33,330 nucleotides of DNA from a plasmid. The stretch lies in sequence record NZ_CP054625.1. One strand, 5' to 3'. Position numbers and translations under genes: made by a program. Shown here one piece after another: positions 7,908 through 16,398 of the stretch (the stretch's first letter is position 1; the number at the start of each line of letters is the position of its first letter). The notes beneath the pieces were generated by a model, which was given only the letters and a program-made list of their open reading frames with translations, did no database searches and was not told the DNA's origin.

Positions 7908-9422
7908 ATGGCGGAACGCGCCGCCACGCCCGCCGCCACGCCCGCCGCAACGTCGCCGCGAGCCGGCGACGCGGTGGGCGCAGCCGGCGCGGTCGGCATC
8001 ATCGGCGGCGGCTGGGCCGGCATGGCCGCCGCGCTCGAACTGGCGCAGGCCGGGCGCGTCGTCCATGTGTTCGAAGCCGCGCCGGTGCTCGGCGGCCGCG
8101 CGCGCCGCGTCGCGCGGCGCCATCCGCAGGTGGCAGGCGAACTCGACAACGGCCAGCATCTGCTGCTCGGCGCCTATCGCCATACCCTCGCGCTGATGCG
8201 CCGCGCCGGCGTCGATCCCGATGCCGCGCTGCTGCGGCTGCCGCTGCAGATGGCCTATGCCGATGGCTGGCGGCTGCAGGCGCCGCGCCTGCCGGCGCCC
8301 TGGCATCTGCTCGGCATGGGCCTGACCGCACGCGGGCTGGGCTGGCGCGAGCGCGCGGCATTGGCGCAGGCGCTGTCGCGGCTGCGCGCCGCCAGCGATG
8401 ACGACGATGCTGCTGATACCGATGGCGCGGGTGCCAACATCGGCGGCGAGACCGTCGCCGCGTGGCTGGCGCAGGCACCGTCGTCGCTGCGGGAACGCCT
8501 GTGGTTCCCGCTGTGCGTGGCCGCGCTGAACACCCCGGCCGAACAGGCCGACGCCCGCGTGTTCCGCCGCGTGCTGCGCGACAGCCTGCTGGCGGCGCGC
8601 GGGGACAGCGACATGCTGGTGCCGCGCCGGGACCTGAGCCGGCTGTTTCCCGAGGCCGCCGCGCACGCGATCGTTGCCGCGGGCGGCACGGTACGGACCG
8701 GCGCCGCGGTGCAGGCGATTTCGCAAAGCCCGCACGGCTGGCTGCTGCAGACGCACGCCGGCCGGCAGGAGGTCGCGCAGCTGGTCGTCGCCACCGCGCC
8801 GCGGCAGGCGGCGCGCCTGCTGGCGCAGGTCCCGCATGGCCCGCACCAGGCCGCGCTGCAGGCGGCCGCGGCGAAGCTGCAGGCCTTCGACCATGTGCCG
8901 ATCGTCACGCTGTATCTGAACGTCGGCGCGCTGCGCCTGCCGCGTCCGTTTCTCGCGCTCGACGCCAGCGCCGCCGCGCCGGGTCAGTTCGTCTTCGATC
9001 GCGCCGCGCTGTCGACCGAGCCCCGCGCGTCGGCCGCGCCGGATCACGACAACGTCTGGTCGGTCGTGATCAGCGCGGCCGACGATGCCGCCGCGCTGCC
9101 GCAGGCAGAGCTGGCGCGGCGCGTGCGCGCGCAGCTTGCCACGCAACTCGCACCGTGGATTGCCGGTGCCGCGCACCTTGCCGACGCGCGCGGCGAATTC
9201 GTGATCGCCGAACGCCTGGCCACGTTCCGCTGCATACCGGGCCTGGCGCGTCCCGGCAACGATATCGGCGTGCCGCGCCTGGCGCTGGCGGGCGACTATA
9301 CCGACGGGCGCGACGGCGCCTATGGGCCCTACCCGGCCACCATCGAAGCGGCGACGCGCAGCGGCTCGGCGGCCGCGGCGCTGCTGCAACGCGAACGCGT
9401 GCCGTCCGCCGCGACGGCATGA
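7908..9422 (+). CDS. hpnE: Hydroxysqualene dehydroxylase HpnE (FAD-dependent amine-oxidase-like)
   Basis: The Rossmann motif GIIGGGWAGMAAALELA is near the N-terminus. The ATG at 7908 lies 9 nt after the hpnD stop; an alternative upstream start at 7863 overlaps hpnD. Confidence 0.8.
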   Translation: MAERAATPAATPAATSPRAGDAVGAAGAVGIIGGGWAGMAAALELAQAGRVVHVFEAAPVLGGRARRVARRHPQVAGELDNGQHLLLGAYRHTLALMRRAGVDPDAALLRLPLQMAYADGWRLQAPRLPAPWHLLGMGLTARGLGWRERAALAQALSRLRAASDDDDAADTDGAGANIGGETVAAWLAQAPSSLRERLWFPLCVAALNTPAEQADARVFRRVLRDSLLAARGDSDMLVPRRDLSRLFPEAAAHAIVAAGGTVRTGAAVQAISQSPHGWLLQTHAGRQEVAQLVVATAPRQAARLLAQVPHGPHQAALQAAAAKLQAFDHVPIVTLYLNVGALRLPRPFLALDASAAAPGQFVFDRAALSTEPRASAAPDHDNVWSVVISAADDAAALPQAELARRVRAQLATQLAPWIAGAAHLADARGEFVIAERLATFRCIPGLARPGNDIGVPRLALAGDYTDGRDGAYGPYPATIEAATRSGSAAAALLQRERVPSAATA

Positions 9423-10720
9423 CTTCCCTTCCCATCGACGTACCGAAGAGCCAGCACATGCATTCCCCCTCTCCTTCCCTGGGCCAGTCCATTCTCGATG
9501 CCGCCGAGGCGCTCGCGCGCTTCTCCGATATGGAGGGCGGCCTGACCTGCGCCTATCTGACGCCGGCCCATCGCGCCGCCGCCGCGATGCTGGCCGAACG
9601 CATGCGCGCGGCAGGCATGCAGGTGCGCGTCGATGCGATCGGCAACGTGATCGGCCGCTACGAGGCCGATCCGTCCGCTGGCCCCGATGCGAAGGTACTG
9701 ATGACCGGCTCGCACTTCGACACGGTCCGCAATGGCGGGCGCTATGACGGCCGGCTCGGCATCCTGCTGCCGATCGCGGTGGTCGGCGCGCTGAACGAGG
9801 CCGGCATCCGGCTGCCCTACCATTTCGAGGTGGTCGGCTTTGCCGAGGAGGAGGGGCTGCGCTTCAAGACCAGCTTCCTGGCCAGCAGCGCGCTGGCCGG
9901 CCGCTTCGACCCGGCGCTGCTGGCGCGCGCCGACGCCGACGGCATCACGCTGGCGCAGGCGCTGGCGCAATCGGACCTGCCGGGCGGCGGCGATCCCGAG
10001 GCGCTGCGCGCGGCCGCGGTCGACCCCGCGACGCTGCTGGCCTTCGTCGAGGTCCATATCGAACAGGGACCAGTGCTGCTGCACCATGACCTGCCGCTGG
10101 GCATCGTCACACAGATCGCCGGCAGCAGCCGCTTTCAGGTGCGGGTGGAGGGGCTGGCCAGCCATGCCGGCACCACGCCGATGACGATGCGCAAGGATGC
10201 GGCCGCCGCGGCCGCCGAGATGGTGCTGCTGGTCGAGTCGCGCTGCGCGCAGGCGCCGACGCTGGTCGGCACGGTGGGCCAGCTGCAGGTGCCGAACGGC
10301 TCGAGCAACGTGATTCCTGCCGCGTGCCACTTCTCGATGGATATCCGCGCCGGCGAGGACGCGGTGCGCGAGTCCGCGATCGCCGATATCGTCGCCGGCA
10401 TCGAGGCGATCGCCGCGCGCCGCGGCGTGCGTGCCGAGGTGGAACGGGTGCCGCCGGTCAACAACGCGCCGTGCGCGCCGTGGCTGCGCGAGCAGTTCGC
10501 GGCGGTGCTGAACAAGCGCGGCCTGCAGGCCTTCGAGCTGCCGTCCGGTGCCGGGCACGACGCGATGATGATGCAGCGGATCACCGACGTGGCGATGCTG
10601 TTCGTCCGCTGCGGCAACGGCGGCATCAGCCACAACCCGCTGGAGACCATCACCGCCGAGGACGCGCAGCTGGCGGCGGAGGTGTTCGTCGATTTCCTGC
10701 GGCATTTCCGGCCGCGGTAA
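9419..10720 (+). CDS. Zn-dependent M20-family amidase (allantoate amidohydrolase or N-carbamoyl-L-amino-acid hydrolase type)
   Basis: The sequence MTGSHFDTVRNGGRYDGRLG...VGFAEEEG...GAGHDAMMM is the pattern of the AllC/AmaB/hydantoinase-carbamoylase M20 family. The ATG at 9419 overlaps the hpnE stop as ATGA; 9458 is an alternative start. Confidence 0.8.
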   Translation: MTSLPIDVPKSQHMHSPSPSLGQSILDAAEALARFSDMEGGLTCAYLTPAHRAAAAMLAERMRAAGMQVRVDAIGNVIGRYEADPSAGPDAKVLMTGSHFDTVRNGGRYDGRLGILLPIAVVGALNEAGIRLPYHFEVVGFAEEEGLRFKTSFLASSALAGRFDPALLARADADGITLAQALAQSDLPGGGDPEALRAAAVDPATLLAFVEVHIEQGPVLLHHDLPLGIVTQIAGSSRFQVRVEGLASHAGTTPMTMRKDAAAAAAEMVLLVESRCAQAPTLVGTVGQLQVPNGSSNVIPAACHFSMDIRAGEDAVRESAIADIVAGIEAIAARRGVRAEVERVPPVNNAPCAPWLREQFAAVLNKRGLQAFELPSGAGHDAMMMQRITDVAMLFVRCGNGGISHNPLETITAEDAQLAAEVFVDFLRHFRPR

Positions 10721-10792
10721 TGCGGGCGGGTAATGCGGGCGGAGAGTGCGGGCGGGTAATGCGAGCGGCTGATGCGGGCGGCTGATGCGGGC
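10717..10792. repeat. 13-bp imperfect tandem repeat (GTAATGCGGGCGG-like), about 5.8 copies, overlapping the amidase stop codon
   Basis: Read directly: gtaatgcgggcgg gtaatgcgggcgg agagtgcgggcgg gtaatgcgagcgg ctgatgcgggcgg ctgatgcgggc, followed by aaaaagg. Confidence 0.8.
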
Positions 10793-10880
10793 AAAAAGGT
10801 CCCACCGATCCCCGCCATGACTTCTCTCTCGCGCTCGCGGGAGCGGCGCGGAACGCGGGACACTGGCGTCGCGACCGGCC

Positions 10881-11270
10881 CTAGTTGCCTTGGTACATCT
10901 CCCTGCTGATGTCGTACAGGCTCTGCCGCAGCTTGCGCCGTTCGTCGGCCGACAGCTTGCCGCTGCGGCCCTGCCGCTCGCCGGCCTCGCGCTCGGCGCG
11001 CTGGCGGTTGGCGCGGCCCCGGCTTTCGCGCGGCGATGGCCGCTCGCGGTCCTGCCGGGCATGGCCCGGATGCCCCGGATAGCCCTCCGCGCCCCGGCCC
11101 GGATGGCGCGCGTGGCCCTGCAGCAGCGCGCCGAGTCCCGGCGACTGCGCGGACGCGCTGGCGGCATGCAGCAGCATCGACGGCAGCAGCAGCGCAAGCA
11201 GGGCTCCGGCGACACGGCGTCGGGCGCCGGACGCGCGGCGCGGTTCGGACCGGGTGGATTTCGCTTTCAT
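10881..11270 (-). CDS. Hypothetical secreted Arg/Gly/Pro-rich low-complexity protein
   Basis: An ATG at 11270 gives MKAKSTRSEPRRASGARRRVAGALLALLLPSMLLHAASASA, a signal-like N-terminus, followed by a charged Arg/Glu-rich tail ending ...RRKLRQSLYDISREMYQGN. No recognisable family. The longer ORF-track version (to 11495) probably over-extends upstream. Confidence 0.45.
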   Translation of the reverse strand: MKAKSTRSEPRRASGARRRVAGALLALLLPSMLLHAASASAQSPGLGALLQGHARHPGRGAEGYPGHPGHARQDRERPSPRESRGRANRQRAEREAGERQGRSGKLSADERRKLRQSLYDISREMYQGN

Positions 11271-11358
11271 TGATAATGGCGGTCTGGGGCTTGCCCGCTT
11301 CGGGCTTGCGCTGGACGACGCCAAGGCTCCCGGATCGAGGCTGACCGATTTGCCCTTT

Positions 11359-11389
11359 GCGGGCAGCGCGCAGTGTAAACGCTGCCCGC
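11359..11389. promoter_or_regulatory. Perfect 10-bp inverted repeat (GCGGGCAGCG ... CGCTGCCCGC) in the ompR divergent intergenic region
   Basis: Seen directly: gcgggcagcg cgcagtgtaaa cgctgcccgc. There is no T-run, so it is more likely an operator or REP-type element than a terminator. Confidence 0.3.
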
Positions 11390-11410
11390 TGTGCACTTGG
11401 CGAGCCGCAA

Positions 11411-11465
11411 GGTAAAGTATGTAACCTTTTGTTAAGCCATTTTGACCCCTAGCGAGACTCGCTAA
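11411..11465 (+). promoter_or_regulatory. AT-rich ompR upstream region with GTAAC/GTTAA direct motifs and a 15-bp palindrome TAGCGAGACTCGCTA just before the RBS
   Basis: The sequence gtaaagtatgtaaccttttgttaagccattttgac resembles OmpR-type direct-repeat boxes. The palindrome tagcgag-a-ctcgcta lies at 11450-11464. Confidence 0.3.
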
Positions 11466-11475
11466 GATTAGCGCC

Positions 11476-12198
11476 ATGGAAAATACCAGCCACAAGATTC
11501 TCGTCGTGGACGACGACCCCCGTCTCCGCGATCTGCTGCGCCGCTATCTCGGCGAGCAAGGCTTTACCGTGCTGGTCGCGGAAAACGCCACCGCCATGAA
11601 CAAGCTCTGGCTGCGCGAGCGTTTCGACCTGCTCGTGCTCGATCTGATGATGCCCGGCGAGGACGGCCTGTCGATCTGCCGTCGTCTGCGCGGCGCCAAC
11701 GACCAGACGCCGATCATCATGCTGACGGCCAAGGGCGAGGACGTGGACCGCATCGTCGGCCTGGAAATGGGCGCCGACGACTATCTGCCCAAGCCGTTCA
11801 ACCCGCGCGAACTGATCGCGCGCATCCATGCGGTGCTGCGCCGCAAGGGCCCGGCCGAAGTGCCCGGCGCCCCGTCGGAAACGCCGGAGACCTTCGCCTT
11901 CGGCGACTTCGTGCTGAACCTGGCCACGCGCACGCTGACCAAGAACGACGAGGAAATCACGCTGACCACCGGCGAGTTCTCGGTGCTCAAGGTGTTCGCC
12001 CGCCATCCGCGCCAGCCGCTGTCGCGCGAGAAGCTGATGGAAATGGCGCGCGGCCGCGAATACGAAGTGTTCGACCGCAGCCTGGACGTGCAGATCTCGC
12101 GCCTGCGCAAGCTGATCGAACCCGATCCCGGCAATCCACGCTTCATCCAGACCGTCTGGGGGCTGGGCTACGTCTTCATTCCCGATGGCGTGAAATAA
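11476..12198 (+). CDS. ompR: Osmolarity response regulator OmpR
   Basis: Near-colinear with E. coli OmpR: KILVVDDD.RLR.LL.RYL.EQGF... MLPGEDGLSICRRLR ... TVWGLGYVF.PDG. Confidence 0.95.
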   Translation: MENTSHKILVVDDDPRLRDLLRRYLGEQGFTVLVAENATAMNKLWLRERFDLLVLDLMMPGEDGLSICRRLRGANDQTPIIMLTAKGEDVDRIVGLEMGADDYLPKPFNPRELIARIHAVLRRKGPAEVPGAPSETPETFAFGDFVLNLATRTLTKNDEEITLTTGEFSVLKVFARHPRQPLSREKLMEMARGREYEVFDRSLDVQISRLRKLIEPDPGNPRFIQTVWGLGYVFIPDGVK

Positions 12199-12213
12199 GT
12201 CCCGGCCGTTATC

Positions 12214-13563
12214 GTGGCGACTGTGATCCGCCGCACGGCCACGCGTTTCTTCGGTTCGCTGTTCTGGCGGACCTTCATGCTGATCGCGCTGCTGCTGGCC
12301 ATTTCGCTGGGCATCTGGTTTCAGAGCTACCGGCTGTTCGAACGCGCCCCGCGCGCGCAGCAGATCGCGATGCAGGTGGTCAGCGTGGTCAAGCTGACGC
12401 GCGCGGCCCTGCTCTATTCCGACCCGGCGCGGCGCCGCTTCCTGCTGCTCGACCTGGTACAGAACGAGGGCATCAAGGTCTATCCGCGCGAGCGCGACGA
12501 CGACTTCACCACGCCCACCGCGAATCCCTTCCTGACCCAGCTGGTGCAGCAGGAAATCCGTGGCCGGCTCGGCGGCGATACCGTCATCGCGACCACGGTC
12601 AACGACATTCCGGGCGTCTGGGTCAGCTTCGAGATCGAGGGCGACGACTATTGGGTCGCGATCAGCCCGGAACGCTTCGAGCGCGTACCGGGGCTGCAAT
12701 GGCTGTGGTGGACCGTGGCCGCGCTGCTGCTGTCGATCTTCGGCGCGGCCTTCATCACCGCGCGGGTCAACCGGCCGCTCAAGCGGCTGGCCGATGCCGC
12801 GCGCGCGATCGGTTCGGGCGGCGATCCCCCGCCGCTGCCCGAGCGCGGCGCCAGCGAGGTTGCCCAGGCCAATCACAGCTTCAACCAGATGGTGCGCGAC
12901 CTGCGCCAGCTCGACGACGACCGCGTGGTGATGCTGGCCGGCATCTCGCACGACCTGCGCACGCCGCTGACGCGGCTGCGCCTGGAGACCGAGATGTCGC
13001 CGGTCGACGACAGCACGCGCGAGGCGATGATCGCCGACATCGAGCAGATGGACGCGATCATCGGCCAGTTCCTGAACTACGCCCGCCCCGCGCAGGAGAG
13101 CAGCGAGCCGGTCGACCTGTCGTCGCTGGTGCGCGATGCAGTCAACGTCTATGCCGCGCACGACGACATCCGCATCCGCGTGCATGCGCCCGAGCCGGTG
13201 ATGGCGATGGCGAACCGGATGGAGGTGCAGCGCATCCTCGACAACCTGGTCGAGAACGCCCGCCGTTATGCCAAGGATCCGGACAGCGGCATCGCCGAGG
13301 TCGAGATCACCACGCGCAACCACGACAAGGAGGCGATGCTGGTGGTCGCCGATCGCGGCGACGGCGTGCCCGACGCGCAGCTGCCGCTGCTGACGCGGCC
13401 GTTCTATCGGCTCGACGCCGCGCGCAGCGAGGCCAAGGGCGCGGGGCTCGGCATGTCGATCGTCAACCGGATCATGCAGCGCAACGGCGGCCGCCTGGTG
13501 CTGACCAATCGTCCGGCCCCGGGCAGCGGCCTCGTGGTCAGCGCCTGTTTCCGGCGCGCTTGA
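12214..13563 (+). CDS. envZ: Osmosensor histidine kinase EnvZ
   Basis: GTG start. It has two TM segments, a HAMP region, the H-box GISHDLRTPLTRLRL and the G-box GAGLGMSIVNRI, and lies immediately downstream of ompR. Confidence 0.9.
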   Translation: MATVIRRTATRFFGSLFWRTFMLIALLLAISLGIWFQSYRLFERAPRAQQIAMQVVSVVKLTRAALLYSDPARRRFLLLDLVQNEGIKVYPRERDDDFTTPTANPFLTQLVQQEIRGRLGGDTVIATTVNDIPGVWVSFEIEGDDYWVAISPERFERVPGLQWLWWTVAALLLSIFGAAFITARVNRPLKRLADAARAIGSGGDPPPLPERGASEVAQANHSFNQMVRDLRQLDDDRVVMLAGISHDLRTPLTRLRLETEMSPVDDSTREAMIADIEQMDAIIGQFLNYARPAQESSEPVDLSSLVRDAVNVYAAHDDIRIRVHAPEPVMAMANRMEVQRILDNLVENARRYAKDPDSGIAEVEITTRNHDKEAMLVVADRGDGVPDAQLPLLTRPFYRLDAARSEAKGAGLGMSIVNRIMQRNGGRLVLTNRPAPGSGLVVSACFRRA

Positions 13564-13899
13564 TGCAGCGCCGCCGATCGCCACGCTGGCGTCACGCCAA
13601 TGGTGTATGGTGGCGCGATGCTCCAGTTCGACCGTCGTTCCCGCGCAAGCCGGGACCCGCGGCTCGACCGGCGCATGAAGACGCTGGGTCCCCGCGTTCG
13701 CGAGGACGACAGCATCGACGCAGCAGCCAGTCCCGCCCCTATCGGACTCTTTGAGATTTTCAATTAGCCGTGCCGAGCAGGATGCTGCATACTTCCCATT
13801 CGTTGCGTGGCGTGCGCAACGGCCCGAGAAAATCGTCTTCGACGATGGCCGTCTGTCATGCCCCGCTGGCGTCTGTTCAACCGTATCCAGGAGAAGTCC

Positions 13900-14448
13900 A
13901 TGAAGACCGTTGGTGACAAGCTCGAACCGTTCCACGTCGTCGGTGTCAAGCCGGGTTTCAACGCCCACGAAGAAAACGGCCAGTCGGCCTTTGAAGACAT
14001 CACCGAGAAGTCGTTCGAAGGCAAGTGGAAAATCATCTACTTCTACCCGAAGGACTTCACCTTCGTGTGCCCGACCGAGATCGTGGCCTTCGCCAAGCTG
14101 AACCAGGACTTCGCCGACCGCGACGCCGTGGTGCTGGGCGGCTCGACCGACAACGAGTTCGTCAAGCTGGCATGGCGCCGTGAACACAAGGACCTGAACA
14201 AGCTGAACTCGTGGCAGTTCGCCGATACCACCGGCTCGCTGATCGACCAGCTGGGCGTGCGCGAGAAGGATGCCGGCGTTGCGCTGCGCGCCACCTTCAT
14301 CGTCGACCCGGACAACACGATCCAGCACGTGTCGGTGAACAACCTGAACGTCGGCCGTAACCCGGACGAAATCCTGCGCATTCTGGACGGCCTGCAGACC
14401 GACGAGCTGTGCCCGTGCAACCGCGCTGTCGGCGGCGCGACGCTGTAA
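13900..14448 (+). CDS. ahpC: Peroxiredoxin AhpC (AhpC/TSA family, mycobacterial type, paired with AhpD)
   Basis: The peroxidatic motif FTFVCPTEI and a C-terminal ...LCPCNR with two extra Cys (as in the M. tuberculosis AhpC C174/C176 arrangement). ahpD follows. Confidence 0.93.
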   Translation: MKTVGDKLEPFHVVGVKPGFNAHEENGQSAFEDITEKSFEGKWKIIYFYPKDFTFVCPTEIVAFAKLNQDFADRDAVVLGGSTDNEFVKLAWRREHKDLNKLNSWQFADTTGSLIDQLGVREKDAGVALRATFIVDPDNTIQHVSVNNLNVGRNPDEILRILDGLQTDELCPCNRAVGGATL

Positions 14449-14464
14449 TTCGCGCGATGTCGAT

Positions 14465-14490
14465 GTTGCCGGCGGTTCGCCGCCGGCAAC
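14465..14490 (+). other. Perfect GC hairpin (11-bp stem, TTCG loop) directly after the ahpC stop, with no U-tract
   Basis: gttgccggcgg ttcg ccgccggcaac. Confidence 0.5.
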
Positions 14491-14510
14491 CGCGCCCCAG
14501 TGCGCACCGA

Positions 14511-14534
14511 AACCCGCTCACGCGGGTTTTTTCC
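14511..14534 (+). terminator. Rho-independent terminator-like hairpin with a T6 tract between ahpC and ahpD
   Basis: aacccgc tcac gcgggtt followed by tttttt (T-run 14527-14532). Confidence 0.65.
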
Positions 14535-14557
14535 GCCCAAAGCGATAGGAGAATTTG

Positions 14558-15079
14558 ATGGAATTCCTCAACACGATCAAGAATCTCATCCCCGACTATG
14601 CGAAGGACATTCGCCTGAACCTGGACGGCACCATCGCACGCTCCTCGCTGGAGGGTAACGATGCGGTGGGCGTGGCATTGGCTGCGGCCTTCGCCGCCAA
14701 GAGCAAGATCATCGTCGACGCGATCCGCAACGCCGGCGTGCTGTCGCCCGAAGAGCTGAACGGCGCGCTGACCGCGGCCGCGCTGATGGGCATGAACAAT
14801 GTCTGGTACCCGTATGTCGAGATGGCCGCCGATCCCGATCTGGCGAGCCAGCCCGCGGGCCTGCGCATGAACGCGTATGCCACTCACGGCGGCGTCGACA
14901 AGCGCCGCTTCGAGATGTACGCGCTGGCCGCGTCGATCGTCGGCAAGTGCCACTTCTGCGTCCGCTCGCACTACGAGCTGCTGAAGAACGAACAGGGCAT
15001 GACCTCGCAGCAACTGCGCGATGTCGGCCGCATCGCCGCCGTGATCACCGCCGCGGCCAACGTGATCGCAGCCGAGTAA
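14558..15079 (+). CDS. ahpD: Alkylhydroperoxidase AhpD (carboxymuconolactone decarboxylase family)
   Basis: The CxxC-H motif CHFCVRSHY is present. The ATG at 14558 is preceded by AGGAGA; the ORF track starts at an upstream TTG. Confidence 0.9.
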   Translation: MEFLNTIKNLIPDYAKDIRLNLDGTIARSSLEGNDAVGVALAAAFAAKSKIIVDAIRNAGVLSPEELNGALTAAALMGMNNVWYPYVEMAADPDLASQPAGLRMNAYATHGGVDKRRFEMYALAASIVGKCHFCVRSHYELLKNEQGMTSQQLRDVGRIAAVITAAANVIAAE

Positions 15080-15133
15080 GGCTGCATCGCCTGTCCTGAC
15101 CGGATCCCGCCCACGCGGGCATCCCGCATCGCC

Positions 15134-15165
15134 GATGGCCGCCTTGGGCGGCCATCGTCATTTCC
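15134..15165 (+). terminator. Putative terminator after ahpD: 10-bp perfect stem, TTG loop, then a T-rich tail
   Basis: gatggccgcc ttg ggcggccatc gtcatttcc. Confidence 0.5.
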
Positions 15166-15260
15166 GGCGCGCCGGCGGCGCCGCGCGTCCGCATTTCTCC
15201 GACTGCATTTGTGCACGGTCCGGCCTACAATCGAGGCAGATTCTGCTTCGCGGACCCTCC

Positions 15261-15836
15261 ATGAGCCAACTGCCCTCGCCCTCCTCGCCGCATTTCCACT
15301 ATCGTCTCGCCACCGCTTCGGACTGGGGCCAGATCGCCGCGGTCACGCAGGAAGCGTATGCGCAGTACGAGCTCGAGATCATGGAGGACTGCCGCGCGTC
15401 CTTCCAGCAGGGCATGCGTTCGGTGCTCGCGACCAATACGTCCGACATGGAATGGTGGGTCGCCGACACCGATCACGGCATCAGCGGCGCGGTGCTGTTC
15501 TGCCACCCGGGCGCGACGCTGCAGGCGCTGGACGGCAGCACGGTGACGCTGGCCCTGCCCGAGGCGCGGCTGCTGTCGGTCAGCCCGCAGGCGCGCGGCC
15601 TGGGGCTCGGACGGACGCTGATGCAGATCTGCATCGAGCGGGCGCGCGATATCGGCGCGCAGGCGCTGGTGGTGCGCACCATGCCGGAAATGGGTGCCGC
15701 CAACCGGCTGTGCCAGCAGATGGGCTTCGTCAAGCGGACCGAGGCGGGCGCGCGCTCGGGGCCGCTGGAACGGCTGGTCGACTACGTCTACGCGATCGAG
15801 CCGAAGGAAGCCGACGCGCCGCAGCCGGGCCTGTAG
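15261..15836 (+). CDS. GNAT-family N-acetyltransferase
   Basis: The core LSVSPQARGLGLGRTLMQICIERARDIGAQALVV matches the acetyl-CoA-binding motif A pattern (Q/RxxGxG/A). Confidence 0.75.
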   Translation: MSQLPSPSSPHFHYRLATASDWGQIAAVTQEAYAQYELEIMEDCRASFQQGMRSVLATNTSDMEWWVADTDHGISGAVLFCHPGATLQALDGSTVTLALPEARLLSVSPQARGLGLGRTLMQICIERARDIGAQALVVRTMPEMGAANRLCQQMGFVKRTEAGARSGPLERLVDYVYAIEPKEADAPQPGL

Positions 15837-15887
15837 CGGCGCGCATCGCGCCGAAAGCGCGACGCCGCGCGCTCGACGCGCAAGCGC

Positions 15888-16398
15888 TCAGTCCTGCGGC
15901 GCGACGATGGCGCCGCGCCACAGCAGCACCACCGCCTGCGCGACGATGCCCTCCTGGCGCCCTTCGAAGCCCAGCTTCTCGTTGGTCTTGGCCTTGACGT
16001 TGCAGCGGCCGGCCGCGATGCCCAGATCCTCGGCCAGATTGGCCACCATCGCGCCGATATGCGGCGCCAGCTTCGGCGCTTGCGCGATCACCGTCGCATC
16101 GACATTGCCCACTTCATAGCCGGCCTCGCGCACACGCCGTACCGCCTCGCGCAGCAGCGCGCGGCTGTCGGCGCCGGCAAAGGCGGGATCGGTGTCGGGG
16201 AAATGCCGGCCGATATCGCCGAGCGCCGCGGCCCCGAACAAGGCGTCGGTGATCGCATGCAGCAAGGCATCGGCATCGGAATGGCCGAGCAGGCCGCGGT
16301 CGTGGGGAATCTCCACGCCGCCGAGCACCAGCTTGCGGCCCGGCACCAGCGCGTGCACGTCGTAGCCTTGTCCCACGCGGATATCGAAGGGCATCATC
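15888..16398 (-). CDS. ispF: 2-C-methyl-D-erythritol 2,4-cyclodiphosphate synthase IspF
   Basis: [17 protein letters not shown]...[34 protein letters not shown]... is colinear with E. coli IspF. Confidence 0.95.

Noticed and set aside
8462-9418. N-terminal extension of the 752-aa ORF 8462-10720, overlapping hpnE in another frame.
   Set aside because: The upstream 320 codons are Arg/Ala-rich junk antisense-style. Homology to the M20 amidase family begins only near the ATG at 9419 or 9458.
10717-10792. Possible CRISPR array suggested by the regularly spaced repeats; the same question applies to 24713-24792.
   Set aside because: The units are 10-13 bp, directly tandem with no spacers, and no cas genes are present. 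They are simple VNTR-type tandem repeats.
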